Positions 51,280 to 61,431 of a DNA stretch of 64,000 nucleotides are shown here, piece by piece; the stretch's first letter is position 1, and every line of letters begins with the position of its first letter. The notes beneath the pieces are model-generated. The model was not told the origin of the DNA. It did no database searches and saw only the letters and a program-made list of their open reading frames with translations. Source of the stretch: an uncultured Candidatus Saccharibacteria bacterium (GTDB taxonomy: Bacteria; Patescibacteriota; Minisyncoccia; Phycocordibacterales; CSBR16-119); assembly GCA_964426385.1 (NCBI GenBank), contig CAYRQF010000001.1:102190-166189 (forward strand). The letters run 5' to 3'. The position numbers and the translations under genes are program-made.

Positions 51280-51495
51280 TTAGATGATGAAGAATGCGAC
51301 GAGTGCGTAGATGGCTGTTGATTCACAGATGGCCATAGCGACGATCATCTTTGGGAAGATAGAATCACCCACTTCTGGATTTCTACCAATTGCATCCATT
51401 GCTTTTGCAGCTACCCACGCCTCTGATGGCGCTGTTGCGAGCATAGAAAGGATGATTAATGCCTTTGCGATGTACTTTGTTGACTCTAGTTCCAT
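51280..51495 (-). CDS. atpE: F0 subunit c
   Basis: GRNPE loop and ESTAIY. Confidence 0.93.
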   Translation of the reverse strand: MELESTKYIAKALIILSMLATAPSEAWVAAKAMDAIGRNPEVGDSIFPKMIVAMAICESTAIYALVAFFII

Positions 51496-51525
51496 ATATA
51501 TTTCTTTAAATTAATAATTTATAAA

Positions 51526-52326
51526 CTAACTTTGCCTACCGGGCTCTGGACCGGCAGCTTGCATATAAAACACAGTGATTAGTGACCCAAATACGATTGT
51601 TTGAACCAGTGACCCTAGTAGTCCGAATGCAATCCAAAAAGAAGGCACTGCAAATGCAAATATACCTATCAAGACTGTCGTAAGCACATCACCGGCATAC
51701 AAGTTACCAAAGAGACGCAATGAAACGGAAGCTACCTTCGCTATTTCACCCACGATATCAAGACAAGCAATAAGAATAGTAACAAACATAAATATAGGCG
51801 CAAGTACCCCCTTTGTCGCGTCCACTCGCAACTGTTTTACAGGAATGTATTTATTTAGATGACCAAGTATTCCAAAATCCTTTATCGAAACAAGCTGAAG
51901 AACAATCAGGGCACCTAATGCCAACCCAAAGGTGGTATTGAAGTCTCCGGTCGCCGTACGAAAAAGTGTGGCACCATCAAATGTAATACTTGATAGGCCA
52001 GGTATCATGCCGATATAGTTTGATACGCCGACGAAAATAAATATTGACGCGATTATTGGAAAGACCCGCTCTGCATGATATTCACTATTTGTTATGGTGC
52101 GGATCTGTGCCGATACAGCCTCGTATACAATCTCAAAAAAAGCTTGTATTTTTCCTGGAACCAAACTTTTTTTTCTAAAAGCCAGTGCTGTAAAAATCCC
52201 CAGGATAAGGACAATCAGCACCATAAAAAGCGTAGAGTTAGCGATAGGAAATCCACCAATATCAAAAATAACCGACGGCTCTATCGTGGCAATATCTCTC
52301 TTGAAACTAAAAATTTCTTTTTCCAT
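51526..52326 (-). CDS. atpB: F0 subunit a
   Basis: SVSLRLFGN and LVQ motifs. Confidence 0.93.
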   Translation of the reverse strand: MEKEIFSFKRDIATIEPSVIFDIGGFPIANSTLFMVLIVLILGIFTALAFRKKSLVPGKIQAFFEIVYEAVSAQIRTITNSEYHAERVFPIIASIFIFVGVSNYIGMIPGLSSITFDGATLFRTATGDFNTTFGLALGALIVLQLVSIKDFGILGHLNKYIPVKQLRVDATKGVLAPIFMFVTILIACLDIVGEIAKVASVSLRLFGNLYAGDVLTTVLIGIFAFAVPSFWIAFGLLGSLVQTIVFGSLITVFYMQAAGPEPGRQS

Positions 52327-52331
52327 AAATT

Positions 52332-52625
52332 TTACTCTTCTGTCTGTTCGGCTTCTTTCATCGCCTTGCGCACCTCCCTGTATTCTTTGGTAACCCTGCG
52401 GCTATTTCTATACACGAGGATCCACGAGAATATGAAGGATACAAGTAGTAAAGCAAGGGTAATTTTTTTATTTGTTCCATATCTACCGTCTAGATATTTA
52501 CCTAGGAATAACGCAGTAAATGCAGGTATGCCAAAAAGCGGTATATTGATGAGCGAGTTAGTAAACATCTTGCTCGTTACCTTGTGGTAAACTTCTGGAA
52601 TTTTTTGAGGTTTTTTTTCTTCCAT
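52332..52625 (-). CDS. AtpZ/AtpI-like membrane protein
   Basis: GKYLDGRYGT motif; first gene of the atp operon. Confidence 0.75.
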   Translation of the reverse strand: MEEKKPQKIPEVYHKVTSKMFTNSLINIPLFGIPAFTALFLGKYLDGRYGTNKKITLALLLVSFIFSWILVYRNSRRVTKEYREVRKAMKEAEQTEE

Positions 52626-52761
52626 AAAAACATAAAAGACCCTCGCTGAGTCGTGCATAGTATACTCTGTTTTAGAATTATTGCCACATGTTAATGTTAA
52701 TCTTTAAATGGTTGACATTATCCATATTTTATGCTACTATTATAGACAAACCCCCTTAACA

Positions 52762-53406
52762 ATGCGCACCATTTACATCACTCTCTGTCTCGTCCTGACC
52801 CTATGCTTCAACGCTGCAAATGCGCAGCATCTGACGCAGGCATCGAAAAACGGACTACTCGAGTCCGCTGACAGTGCCTACGCTCGAATGAAGTACAACG
52901 TTCCCACCAAGCTCTTGCTTGAGAAGCTGACTTATTTCACGGATACCCTCAAGTGGGATTCCACTACTATCAGGCGCGTCGTGTTTTCCCTGGGGCATTT
53001 CGAATCCCACGGTAAGATCGAGGCTGTCAGTGCCGATGGCAAGGATCATGGCTGGCTACAAGTACGCGAGTCTACGGTCACGGAACATTTCCGAAAGATG
53101 CCTGGAAAGGCTGAGCCAACCTTCACAGCCGCAGACCTCTCCAATCCCGCCAATGGACACGATCTTGTTTGGGCTAAGCCTCTTGAGCTGCTGAACGAGA
53201 TCAGCAGGAAACGAAAGCTTGATAACTTTCGTGACATTGTGGGCGTATGGTGTTCAGGTTGGGGCGGATACAATCGTAACCCTGGTGCGACCGACTATCA
53301 CTTCGAAAAGTTCACATTTACCTTCAACCAAGGAATGGGACTGATGGAAGAGGATGGTCGTGCACAGATCTGTAACCCGATCCCTGGCACAGTCCTGCTT
53401 CAATAG
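52762..53406 (+). CDS. secreted orphan protein with lysozyme-like/lytic transglycosylase motifs
   Basis: Signal peptide ending ANA-Q; FES.G...A....DHGWLQV; own TTGACA-17-TACTAT promoter and terminator (53431-53459). Confidence 0.55.
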   Translation: MRTIYITLCLVLTLCFNAANAQHLTQASKNGLLESADSAYARMKYNVPTKLLLEKLTYFTDTLKWDSTTIRRVVFSLGHFESHGKIEAVSADGKDHGWLQVRESTVTEHFRKMPGKAEPTFTAADLSNPANGHDLVWAKPLELLNEISRKRKLDNFRDIVGVWCSGWGGYNRNPGATDYHFEKFTFTFNQGMGLMEEDGRAQICNPIPGTVLLQ

Positions 53407-53512
53407 CGAAGCATCGCACACCCCCTTGAAGAAAGCCCCGGCATGATGTCGGGGTTTTCCATTTCAAAAAATATTGTAATAATCAGTCTTTTTTGCTATA
53501 TTACTTCGCATC

Positions 53513-53587
53513 GCGCGTGTAGTTCAGTGGTAGAACGCTGTCCTGATAAGACAGAGGCCGAAAGTTCGATTCTTTCCACGCGCACCA
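53513..53587 (+). tRNA. tRNA-Ile(GAU)
   Basis: Acceptor stem GCGCGTG/CACGCGC, anticodon arm CTGTC-CTGATAA-GACAG, GTTCGAT T-loop and encoded CCA. Confidence 0.93.
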
Positions 53588-53588
53588 A

Positions 53589-54314
53589 ATGGATCAAGAA
53601 TCTCGTTGGCTACTTGCCGACAAATACGGCGGTAAAGAGTCGGACGAGTTCCGACAGGATATTTTACGTCTCGAGAACGGCGAGCCTCTCGCTTATGTTA
53701 TAGGTTGGACGCCTTTCCTTCATACGAAAATATATCTAGACTCTCATCCGCTTATCCCCCGACCTGAGACAGAATACTGGGTCTCTGTCGCCATCAAAGA
53801 ATTGCAAAGTAAGGGAATTAAAAATCCGAAGGTTCTGGATCTTTGTGCGGGGTCCGGATGCATCGGTGTCGCAGTTCTAAAAGCGGTCCCGGAAGCCACA
53901 GTACACTTCGCTGAAATAGATACAACCCACCACGAAACCATAGAGAAAAATATACTGGCAAATGATATTACTCGAACTCTTACCAAAATATTTAACGGCG
54001 ACTTATTTGAAAACATAACGGATAAGTATGATCTCATACTCACCAATCCTCCATATATTGACCCTACACTTTCCGATCGAGTTGAGGCGAGTGTGACCGC
54101 TCACGAACCCGATGTAGCACTCTGGGGTGGCGCAGGAGGCATGGAAGTCATCGATCGTATCATCGTAGAAGCTCCGAAGCATCTAAACTCAGGAGGTGTT
54201 CTATATATCGAGCATGAACCTGAAAAAGCGGGACACATAGCAAAGCTTTGCCCTGGTGCACAGCCACACGAAGACCAATTCGGAGTGATTCGTTTCTCTA
54301 GAATCCAGTTTTAA
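53589..54314 (+). CDS. prmC: release factor glutamine methyltransferase
   Basis: [25 protein letters not shown] and TNPPY motifs. Confidence 0.92.
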   Translation: MDQESRWLLADKYGGKESDEFRQDILRLENGEPLAYVIGWTPFLHTKIYLDSHPLIPRPETEYWVSVAIKELQSKGIKNPKVLDLCAGSGCIGVAVLKAVPEATVHFAEIDTTHHETIEKNILANDITRTLTKIFNGDLFENITDKYDLILTNPPYIDPTLSDRVEASVTAHEPDVALWGGAGGMEVIDRIIVEAPKHLNSGGVLYIEHEPEKAGHIAKLCPGAQPHEDQFGVIRFSRIQF

Positions 54315-55300
54315 TCATCACCAACATCGTCTGCTGGAGTGTATCCACCAGAAAGCCTCTCTGTTGTCGTTTCGATAATATCGTCGAGCTGACCGTTTAA
54401 GATAAGCGGGATATTAGACCATGACTCTTTGATACGATGGTCTGTGACACGATCCTGTGGGAAGTTATAGGTACGGATTTTCTCTGACCTGTCCCCTGTT
54501 CCGATTTGTGAGGCACGGTCTGCAGAATACTTCCTCGCTTCTTCTTCGTCTTTCATCTGCTGGAGGCGAGACTTGAGGAGTGTCATGGCTCGTTCACGGT
54601 TGGCTAGCTGACTCCTCTCAACAGTTGAACGCACATCGATACCAGTAGGTTTGTGGATGATACGAACTGCGGATTCAACTTTGTTGACGTTCTGACCACC
54701 TGCCCCACCAGCACGCGAGGTTTCAAATTCTAGATCAGACTCGGGTATAACGATGGTTGTTTTCTTGAAAAGGGGCAGAACTGCAACAGATGCAGTCGAG
54801 GTATGGATACGGCCCTGCTTCTCTGTAGCTGGGATACGCTGTACACGATGGACACCAGTCTCGAATCGCAGTCTCCTGTACACGTCTTTACCATGGAATT
54901 CGAATGACGCTTCCTTGTAACCCCCGATATCGTTCTGGGATTCGTAATCTGTCTTCCATGTAAAACCCTGCTTTTCGCCGTACCGCTGATACATCTCGGC
55001 GAGCTGTCTAGCGAATAGAGCTGCTTCGTCACCTCCAGCACCGGCTCTAACTTCGAGAATAACTTCGTTCGGGAATTTCTCTTCTTCACGCTCAGCGTTC
55101 ATGATAGTCTCGACTTGGGACTCTATAACAGCACGCTCGGCACTAACACGAGAGATCTCTTCATCTGCGAGTTCCTTCATCGAGGGGTCGGCTTCGAGCA
55201 TCTCACGAGCACTTTTTTCTTCATTCAAAAGCCTCTGGATTTCACTTCCGAGGTATGCTGTACGGTGATTCTGTTTTACTTCTTCTAAGTCATATTTCAT
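54311..55300 (-). CDS. prfA: peptide chain release factor 1
   Basis: PAT (PxT) motif, GGQ and [10 protein letters not shown]. Confidence 0.95.
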   Translation of the reverse strand: MKYDLEEVKQNHRTAYLGSEIQRLLNEEKSAREMLEADPSMKELADEEISRVSAERAVIESQVETIMNAEREEEKFPNEVILEVRAGAGGDEAALFARQLAEMYQRYGEKQGFTWKTDYESQNDIGGYKEASFEFHGKDVYRRLRFETGVHRVQRIPATEKQGRIHTSTASVAVLPLFKKTTIVIPESDLEFETSRAGGAGGQNVNKVESAVRIIHKPTGIDVRSTVERSQLANRERAMTLLKSRLQQMKDEEEARKYSADRASQIGTGDRSEKIRTYNFPQDRVTDHRIKESWSNIPLILNGQLDDIIETTTERLSGGYTPADDVGDD

Positions 55301-55374
55301 GCTCTTAAATCTTACATCCTAAATCTTAAATCCCAAAACAAAAGGCGCTCATTAAGAGCCCCTTTTGTTTTAAA

Positions 55375-55650
55375 CTATTTAGCCGCTTTCTTGGCTTTGG
55401 TGCCTGTTGCTGCTGCTCGCTTCTTGAACTTGTCGACTCGTCCTGCCGTGTCGAGAACGGTTTCTTTACCTGTATAGAATGGGTGTGAGGCGCTAGAGAT
55501 TTCGACTTTGTACATGTCGTATTCTTTGCCATCTTCCCACTTGCCCTTTTCAGTCGTAGCGATAACAGACCCGATCAAGTATTGGGTGCCGTTAGAAACA
55601 TCTTGGAATATGACATTTCGGTAGTTTTTTGGGTGGATTTCTTTCTTCAT
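55375..55650 (-). CDS. rpmE2: 50S ribosomal protein L31 type B (Zn-free)
   Basis: [19 protein letters not shown] and AGRVDKF motifs; no Cys. Confidence 0.95.
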   Translation of the reverse strand: MKKEIHPKNYRNVIFQDVSNGTQYLIGSVIATTEKGKWEDGKEYDMYKVEISSASHPFYTGKETVLDTAGRVDKFKKRAAATGTKAKKAAK

Positions 55651-55683
55651 AAAAAGGATATTAGCACACGGTTTATAGACAAT

Positions 55684-55758
55684 CAAGCCCCCACACCTAT
55701 ATTTTGGTAGCGCAACGCGCGTCCTCTGGGACAATCAAAATATAGGTGTGGGGGCAAG
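55684..55758. repeat. palindromic element family 2, copy 2 (CAAG direct repeats)
   Basis: CCCCCACACCTATATTTTG...CAAAATATAGGTGTGGGGG. Confidence 0.85.
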
Positions 55759-55797
55759 CCCTTTCGCTATGACCCAAGACCTATTTCCTGTAACCTC

Positions 55798-57189
55798 TTA
55801 TATACCCTCGAGAATATCGATACTGGCCTGGATAGTCGCAACATGAGTCATAACCGCATTACCATAAAAGGCATTCGTCACGCCCGGTGCAGAGCAACCT
55901 CGGCCAGAATAGTACTTGCAGGCTGCTTCACGCTCTGCGGTATAGGTCTTGGCTCCAGCACCTAGATCCATGAGGTAGAGTGACGTAGCAGTGATGGCGT
56001 GCTGAGGGTTCCAAGGATTCGCCACAGAGACTCCGAGTGCCGCCTCGATACGCTGATCATAAGACTCCCATGTAGCTGGAATGAACTGTGACGGACCCAT
56101 CGCGCCTCCCCATCCACCGATAGCGAGTGGACATGATAGTGGTTGTCCTTCAGGACTGATACCCAGCCTCTCAGTGATACGGAGAAATGCTGACTGATCG
56201 TCACGCCATGATCCTGATGTCGGACCCGGCATGATGTCCTTCCAGGTTCTAGCATCCCCCACACGATTACATGTACCAACATTGGCTCCGAGATTAGACT
56301 CTTGTTTCAAGATTGCGAGAATAAATGCTGGTCTGACTCCAGACTTACTACCAGCAAGCTTCGCCATATCATAAGCCTCTCCGAATGGAATAGGTCCAGC
56401 GCCGCGGAATCTAAAGAGTTCAGCACGTATTTTCGACGCCTGAGCTTGTCTATCTTTTAGGACCTGGGCATACTCAGCCTCTTTGTTCTTACTTATAGAG
56501 AGGAGTGTCTTCTGTTCTTTCTCGCTCGCTTCTACGAGTGCTTTCTGTTTCTCTATCTCAGCCTTGGCATCCATCTCTTCGTCCTGCTTGGTCTCGAGCT
56601 CTTTCTTCACCCCCTCGGTCCTCTCACGAACGCTTTTGATCTGTTCGACAGAGTTGTTTACTGAGCGTTTGACGGATGAGAAAGTATCGACGTCGGCATA
56701 AAAGTCAGATATAGATGAAGCACCAAGCATCGCGTGAGCAAAAGTGATTCTGTCCATCTCGTCGGTTTTTCTTATGAGTTGGCCGAGAGATTCTTTGCCC
56801 TTCTCTATATCGCTGTTGAGACTAGTGATGGTATCGGTTTTACTTTTGATGTCCTTGCTTATTTTTTTGATTTCGACGTCCTTCTGGTTAACCTTCTTCT
56901 TGGCAGCGTCGATACGACTACGAAGTACGGAGATGTCGCGAGTAAGCGAGGCAGACTGATTCTTCTGACCATTTAGGACTACTTCCTGTGCCTTGATCTC
57001 CGCTTCACAGACCTTGAGGATTTCTTCGAGTTCTGCATCAGATTTGCCAGCGATATTACCATCACAGACTGCCGCCTCAGCGAATCTGCCAGCAGATAGC
57101 GTTCCTAAAATTAATAAAAGCATTATGCCCATGAGCACAATGCCTTTATTAATTACGCGTTTATTACTTTTGTTGATTAGAAATAACAT
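55798..57189 (-). CDS. coiled-coil protein with C-terminal lytic murein transglycosylase domain
   Basis: AILKQES and GGAMGPSQFIP motifs; the exact start is uncertain. Confidence 0.85.
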   Translation of the reverse strand: MLFLINKSNKRVINKGIVLMGIMLLLILGTLSAGRFAEAAVCDGNIAGKSDAELEEILKVCEAEIKAQEVVLNGQKNQSASLTRDISVLRSRIDAAKKKVNQKDVEIKKISKDIKSKTDTITSLNSDIEKGKESLGQLIRKTDEMDRITFAHAMLGASSISDFYADVDTFSSVKRSVNNSVEQIKSVRERTEGVKKELETKQDEEMDAKAEIEKQKALVEASEKEQKTLLSISKNKEAEYAQVLKDRQAQASKIRAELFRFRGAGPIPFGEAYDMAKLAGSKSGVRPAFILAILKQESNLGANVGTCNRVGDARTWKDIMPGPTSGSWRDDQSAFLRITERLGISPEGQPLSCPLAIGGWGGAMGPSQFIPATWESYDQRIEAALGVSVANPWNPQHAITATSLYLMDLGAGAKTYTAEREAACKYYSGRGCSAPGVTNAFYGNAVMTHVATIQASIDILEGI

Positions 57190-57223
57190 AATGAAAGATC
57201 TGCAAAAACTATTCCACTACGAA

Positions 57224-57871
57224 TTACTTCGTTTCAGTGGCTTCTCCTTCTCCTTCAACTTCTTTCTTGCCTTTCGCCTCTACTTCGATAGTAGAGAGAT
57301 CAGGAGCGACAGTCGCCTCCTCTACTTCCTCTTTGGCCAATACGATAGATGCCACAACGGCCTCAGTATCCTCTAGGAATCGGACGCCCTCTGGGAGTTT
57401 CAGGTCTTTGAGTGCGATAACTGACTCGTTAGTCTCGAGAGCGGTGATATCAACCTCTATGTCATGAGGTACGTTCTTAGGGAGAGCGGCAACCTTAACT
57501 TCGTGCATAACTTTGACAAGAATAGCTCCGCCTTTGACCGCAGCTGACTCACCGACGAACTCGAATGGTACGTCAACTTCGATTTCCTTGGTCATGTCGA
57601 CAGATAGGAAGTCTATGTGGATAGGCTCGTTCGTCACAGGGTCATGCTGGACCTCGTGAATAAGAGCGTCAAAAGACCCTGATGGAGTAGCAAGTGTAAG
57701 GGTATTGGTTTCGCCAACTTCCCTAAAAGCCTTTATAAAATCAGTCTTTTTGATAGCTAGTGAAGTGGCGTCCTTCTTAAAACCGTAAAAAACAGCTGGG
57801 ATGTTTCCAGTGCTTCTGACCTCTGCGTTCTTTTGATTTTTGTCCCTTATTTGGGCATTCAGTGTTGTCAT
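57224..57871 (-). CDS. rplY: 50S ribosomal protein L25 (long form)
   Basis: IPAVFYG and QHDPV...HIDF motifs. Confidence 0.95.
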   Translation of the reverse strand: MTTLNAQIRDKNQKNAEVRSTGNIPAVFYGFKKDATSLAIKKTDFIKAFREVGETNTLTLATPSGSFDALIHEVQHDPVTNEPIHIDFLSVDMTKEIEVDVPFEFVGESAAVKGGAILVKVMHEVKVAALPKNVPHDIEVDITALETNESVIALKDLKLPEGVRFLEDTEAVVASIVLAKEEVEEATVAPDLSTIEVEAKGKKEVEGEGEATETK

Positions 57872-57923
57872 ATCCCGAAAGTATAAATTAAAGCCTGCCT
57901 AAAGGCAAGTTGTGACATGGTTA

Positions 57924-58115
57924 TTATAATCCGGCAAGCGCTGCCGCTATCTGTGAGCCAGCGGCCTGGACCTCACGAGCTGTCTCGTAACTTTCGCCGC
58001 TATCGCTCCCAAAAATGACGAAGAAAACCATGGCAATGAGAATAAAACCGATAAAGACAAATGTTGTCGCTATCGCCTGCTCTCTATGAAGTTTTATCAA
58101 ATTTTTTTCTTCCAT
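57924..58115 (-). CDS. small membrane protein
   Basis: Single TM helix. Confidence 0.55.
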   Translation of the reverse strand: MEEKNLIKLHREQAIATTFVFIGFILIAMVFFVIFGSDSGESYETAREVQAAGSQIAAALAGL

Positions 58116-58161
58116 AATATTTTCTTCTACGTAATTACTGACGCACGAAGAAAATATTTCT

Positions 58162-58238
58162 TACACCTGCACACCAAATTTTTGATTATTTTTTAAAATG
58201 CGCTCCTGGCGTGATCAAAAAATTGGTGTGCGGGTACA
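58162..58238. repeat. palindromic element family 2, copy 3 (TACA direct repeats)
   Basis: CCTGCACACCAAATTTTTGAT...ATCAAAAAATTGGTGTGCGGG. Confidence 0.8.
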
Positions 58239-58328
58239 AAAAATAAATAAAAATAAAAAAATAAATTATTAAATTAAAAGCAATACAGGCGCCCCCTTTA
58301 TGGAAGCGCCTGTGATGTTGCGGTTGTG

Positions 58329-58979
58329 TCACTTGGCCAACTCTACAATGGGCGACATGCTGTCAGCACCAAAGTAAGGTGTGTTCATGACTTCGTTCGT
58401 GCATCTCCATTGTCCATCAGATGTTCCATTACGCCTGAGTACGCGTACGTTTTGTCGATCACTCCCAGGACTGTGCTTGAAACCCAGAATGGTTCCGAAG
58501 AAGTTCAGCTCTTCGATACCTTTTGTCCGGTAGAGGTGCTCAAGGACAGAGTCAGCGTTATAGTGGTCATGATCATGCTTGAGGAGAAAAGCCCATGACC
58601 AATCCAGTCTGATCACTCCGGCCTGCTTCATTCGCGCAAGCTTTTCGTTGCCGGTGATTATTTGGCCTGGTTCCACAAAAGACTTGTACTTGATCTTATC
58701 CCAGTCAATGTGCAGGACTTTCATAGCGCGCGGATCCTTGTCCGTGATCATCATCTCTTTGGGAAGAGAAAACGGTTCCCGAAGAAGGATTGCTCCTTCC
58801 CGCTGGAAGAGACGCCCTTCTGTGAACAGTTTTCTTCGTCCTGGGCTTGCGGCAAGTATGGCCGCTATAGCTTTTGGCAGATCAGAATCCTGTTTCTTGT
58901 GTGCGTCATGCAAGCGTGTTGCAAGCTCACTCTGTAGGCCAAGCAGGTCGCTTGGATCTACTCCAATGTTCTTATTCAT
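58329..58979 (-). CDS. orphan hypothetical protein
   Basis: TTGACA-18-TATAAT at 59138-59109, a structured leader, and a terminator at 58285-58315. Confidence 0.7.
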   Translation of the reverse strand: MNKNIGVDPSDLLGLQSELATRLHDAHKKQDSDLPKAIAAILAASPGRRKLFTEGRLFQREGAILLREPFSLPKEMMITDKDPRAMKVLHIDWDKIKYKSFVEPGQIITGNEKLARMKQAGVIRLDWSWAFLLKHDHDHYNADSVLEHLYRTKGIEELNFFGTILGFKHSPGSDRQNVRVLRRNGTSDGQWRCTNEVMNTPYFGADSMSPIVELAK

Positions 58980-59143
58980 CGGCTATCTATTGTTGATTAC
59001 CTCAGTCCGAGGTTAGAGCCATGACTTTGCCATAGCCAGGAAAGGCCCAAATTAAGCCTCTTTTGGCTATGGCAAAACAAGTAACTTTTTAAAAGTGCTT
59101 ATGAGTTCATTATAACATAAATTTAGGCTATATGTCAAATAAC

Positions 59144-60847
59144 CTATTTCTTCGGCTTAATGATGTATTTCTCGATATCGGCGAGCGTCGCGCCGACTTT
59201 TTTCCGAGGATTCCACATGTTGTGTGGGTCTGTGATCTCTTTGAATTCTTTGAACACTCCTGCGATTTTATCTCCGAACATCATGGGTAGATACGGTGTA
59301 CGGATCAGTCCGTCATTGTGTTCGGCTGTCATAGAACCACCAAACTTTTTCACCATAGGATATATCTGTGCGGATATTTTCATAATTTTATCAGCGGTTC
59401 TAGGGTCGCTGAAGTCCATCAGCGGTACGACATGTAAGTTCCCGTCGCCTAGATGTCCGGCGACAGTATAGAGAATCTTGTTTTCATCAAGTATCCTGAC
59501 GAGCTCTGGCCAATACTCGGGTAGCTTGTCCACCGGCACAACCACGTCGTCGATAAACGGAGCCGTACGCAAGTCTTTGGAGTGATCGGATAGTAATTTG
59601 AAGCTATCGTGACGTATGGCGAAATATTTGTTACGTTCCTCCCTAGTTTTCGTGATACGAGTCTTGAGTCCGAGATCTTTGAGTCTATTCTCAGCAAGTA
59701 ACGCCTCTCGAAATAGGCCCTGTTCGTCATCCGAAACAAACTCTGCCAGAACTATGAGCTTCGGCATGCCACCGGATAGAACCATCAGAAACTCAGGTAG
59801 AAATTGCCAAGCGTATTTTATCGAACCGATAATACCTTTGTCCCGCAGGAAACTCCCGAAGAACTTGATCGCGAACTTCATCGTGTGGTCGTCGTACACT
59901 TCGAGCGTTTCGACGTCTTCTTTCATTAGTCTGTGAGTCAGCTCTGGTATCAGTTTCAAATCCTTGAGGAATACCACCAGAAGTGTCGAATGCTTCTCGT
60001 CCGCTACCAATTTGTACGTGATCTCTGTGATGATGCCGGTAGTTCCCTGCGCACCAACGAACAGCTTCGTCCCGTCGAAAATCTCGGTACTAGCATCCCA
60101 GACGTCCCAGAGGAGATATCCTGAGGAATTCTTTGTCGTCTTCGGTCTCGCTGATTTGATATCATCATAGTTACGCTTGATCAGGTTCCAGGTTTTGCGA
60201 TATATCTCAGCGAGACGATTATCCTCGAGAATGATCGCCTCGAGCTCCTGCTTGTTGATAGGCTCGATAACATACTCTTCCCCATCGTCGAGAATGACTT
60301 TCAGACTTTTGACGAAATCTTTGTTCTGACCATACTTGAGAGACTTCTCTCCGGCACCATTGTTAGCGACCATACCGCCGACGGCGCAGATCTCTCTAGA
60401 GGCTGGGAAGCATGGCATGATGAGACCCTGCTTCAAAGTCTCTATCTCAAAATCTCTATAATACGTACCCGGTAGAACTGTAGCGGTACCGGCAATATCA
60501 AAATTCATCCCGTCGTGAGACCTCTGTTTGCCGAGTTTAACCTTCCTAACCTCAGTGACGCCCTGCATATAGCGAGTCGTGTCGAGGATGATGGACTCCC
60601 CGAGCGGTCCACCCGCCATGTCGGTGCCGGCCGCGCGAGCTGTGACTGATAGATAGATGTAACCTTCTTCATTACGCTTCGCATTTAGAAATTTAACGAG
60701 AGCTTTTATGTCTGTTGAATCTTTGGGATAAACGATCAGCTCTGGGCGCATCTCGAAGATGCTATAGTCGTGACTATATTTATCGAGGACACTACTAGCA
60801 TCCTCCACGTCGCCCTTGATTACTCTTTTTATCTCGTCTTTGAGCAT
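59144..60847 (-). CDS. FAD-binding oxidoreductase (GlcD/D-lactate dehydrogenase-like)
   Basis: AAGTDMAG, VGGMVANNG, GHLGDGNLH and AEHNDG motifs. Confidence 0.9.
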   Translation of the reverse strand: MLKDEIKRVIKGDVEDASSVLDKYSHDYSIFEMRPELIVYPKDSTDIKALVKFLNAKRNEEGYIYLSVTARAAGTDMAGGPLGESIILDTTRYMQGVTEVRKVKLGKQRSHDGMNFDIAGTATVLPGTYYRDFEIETLKQGLIMPCFPASREICAVGGMVANNGAGEKSLKYGQNKDFVKSLKVILDDGEEYVIEPINKQELEAIILEDNRLAEIYRKTWNLIKRNYDDIKSARPKTTKNSSGYLLWDVWDASTEIFDGTKLFVGAQGTTGIITEITYKLVADEKHSTLLVVFLKDLKLIPELTHRLMKEDVETLEVYDDHTMKFAIKFFGSFLRDKGIIGSIKYAWQFLPEFLMVLSGGMPKLIVLAEFVSDDEQGLFREALLAENRLKDLGLKTRITKTREERNKYFAIRHDSFKLLSDHSKDLRTAPFIDDVVVPVDKLPEYWPELVRILDENKILYTVAGHLGDGNLHVVPLMDFSDPRTADKIMKISAQIYPMVKKFGGSMTAEHNDGLIRTPYLPMMFGDKIAGVFKEFKEITDPHNMWNPRKKVGATLADIEKYIIKPKK

Positions 60848-60848
60848 T

Positions 60849-61076
60849 TTATGATAGTAAAAATTGTCTGATTGCGAACTCTGCTTCCTTCTTGTCTTTG
60901 TCTGTCTTAGCTTCTTCAAGAGCCTTTTTTAACCTCATAAATTCTGCTTGTTGTTCTGGATCAGAAAATTCAATATCCCCCTTTAATAAGGCAGGAATTA
61001 CTTCTATTTTTTCCTGGGGTGGATTAGGTTCAAGTTTTATAATTTTAGTTTCTCGTTTCTTAGGTTTCTCGTTCAT
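60849..61076 (-). CDS. small hypothetical protein (MNEKPKK...)
   Basis: TGcTATAAT lies 6 nt before the ATG. Confidence 0.6.
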   Translation of the reverse strand: MNEKPKKRETKIIKLEPNPPQEKIEVIPALLKGDIEFSDPEQQAEFMRLKKALEEAKTDKDKKEAEFAIRQFLLS

Positions 61077-61150
61077 GCGCTTATTATAGCAAATCCTAAA
61101 ACGCGAGAAGACCAGCCGGGTTACGACTGGTCCTCGAATTGTCCACTTGT

Positions 61151-61315
61151 CTAGCGCGACTTCTTTGCCCTCTGGCGTCGCGGAGCGAGCTCTCCCGACC
61201 CGATCCGCACGGGGTGTCCGGGTAGCGCCCGTGGAGCACTGGTTCTCGGTACGTCTCCGAGGATCTGCTTGATATCCTCTTGCGACAACGGTCTTCTGGT
61301 AGTTCTCTTCGCCAT
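61151..61315 (-). CDS. 54-aa Arg-rich orphan protein (not in ORF track)
   Basis: MAKRTTRRPLSQEDIKQILG...QRAKKSR*; TTGACG-17-TATATT promoter; hairpin at 61110-61132. Confidence 0.55.
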   Translation of the reverse strand: MAKRTTRRPLSQEDIKQILGDVPRTSAPRALPGHPVRIGSGELAPRRQRAKKSR

Positions 61316-61431
61316 GGCAAGCTAGTTTGGTGTGAACGTAAAGATCGAAAGTAAAAATATACAACTTCATAGACGGAGCGTCAATGAGTTTTTCAACCTT
61401 TTTAGACTCTATAAATTGCTATAATAACCCC

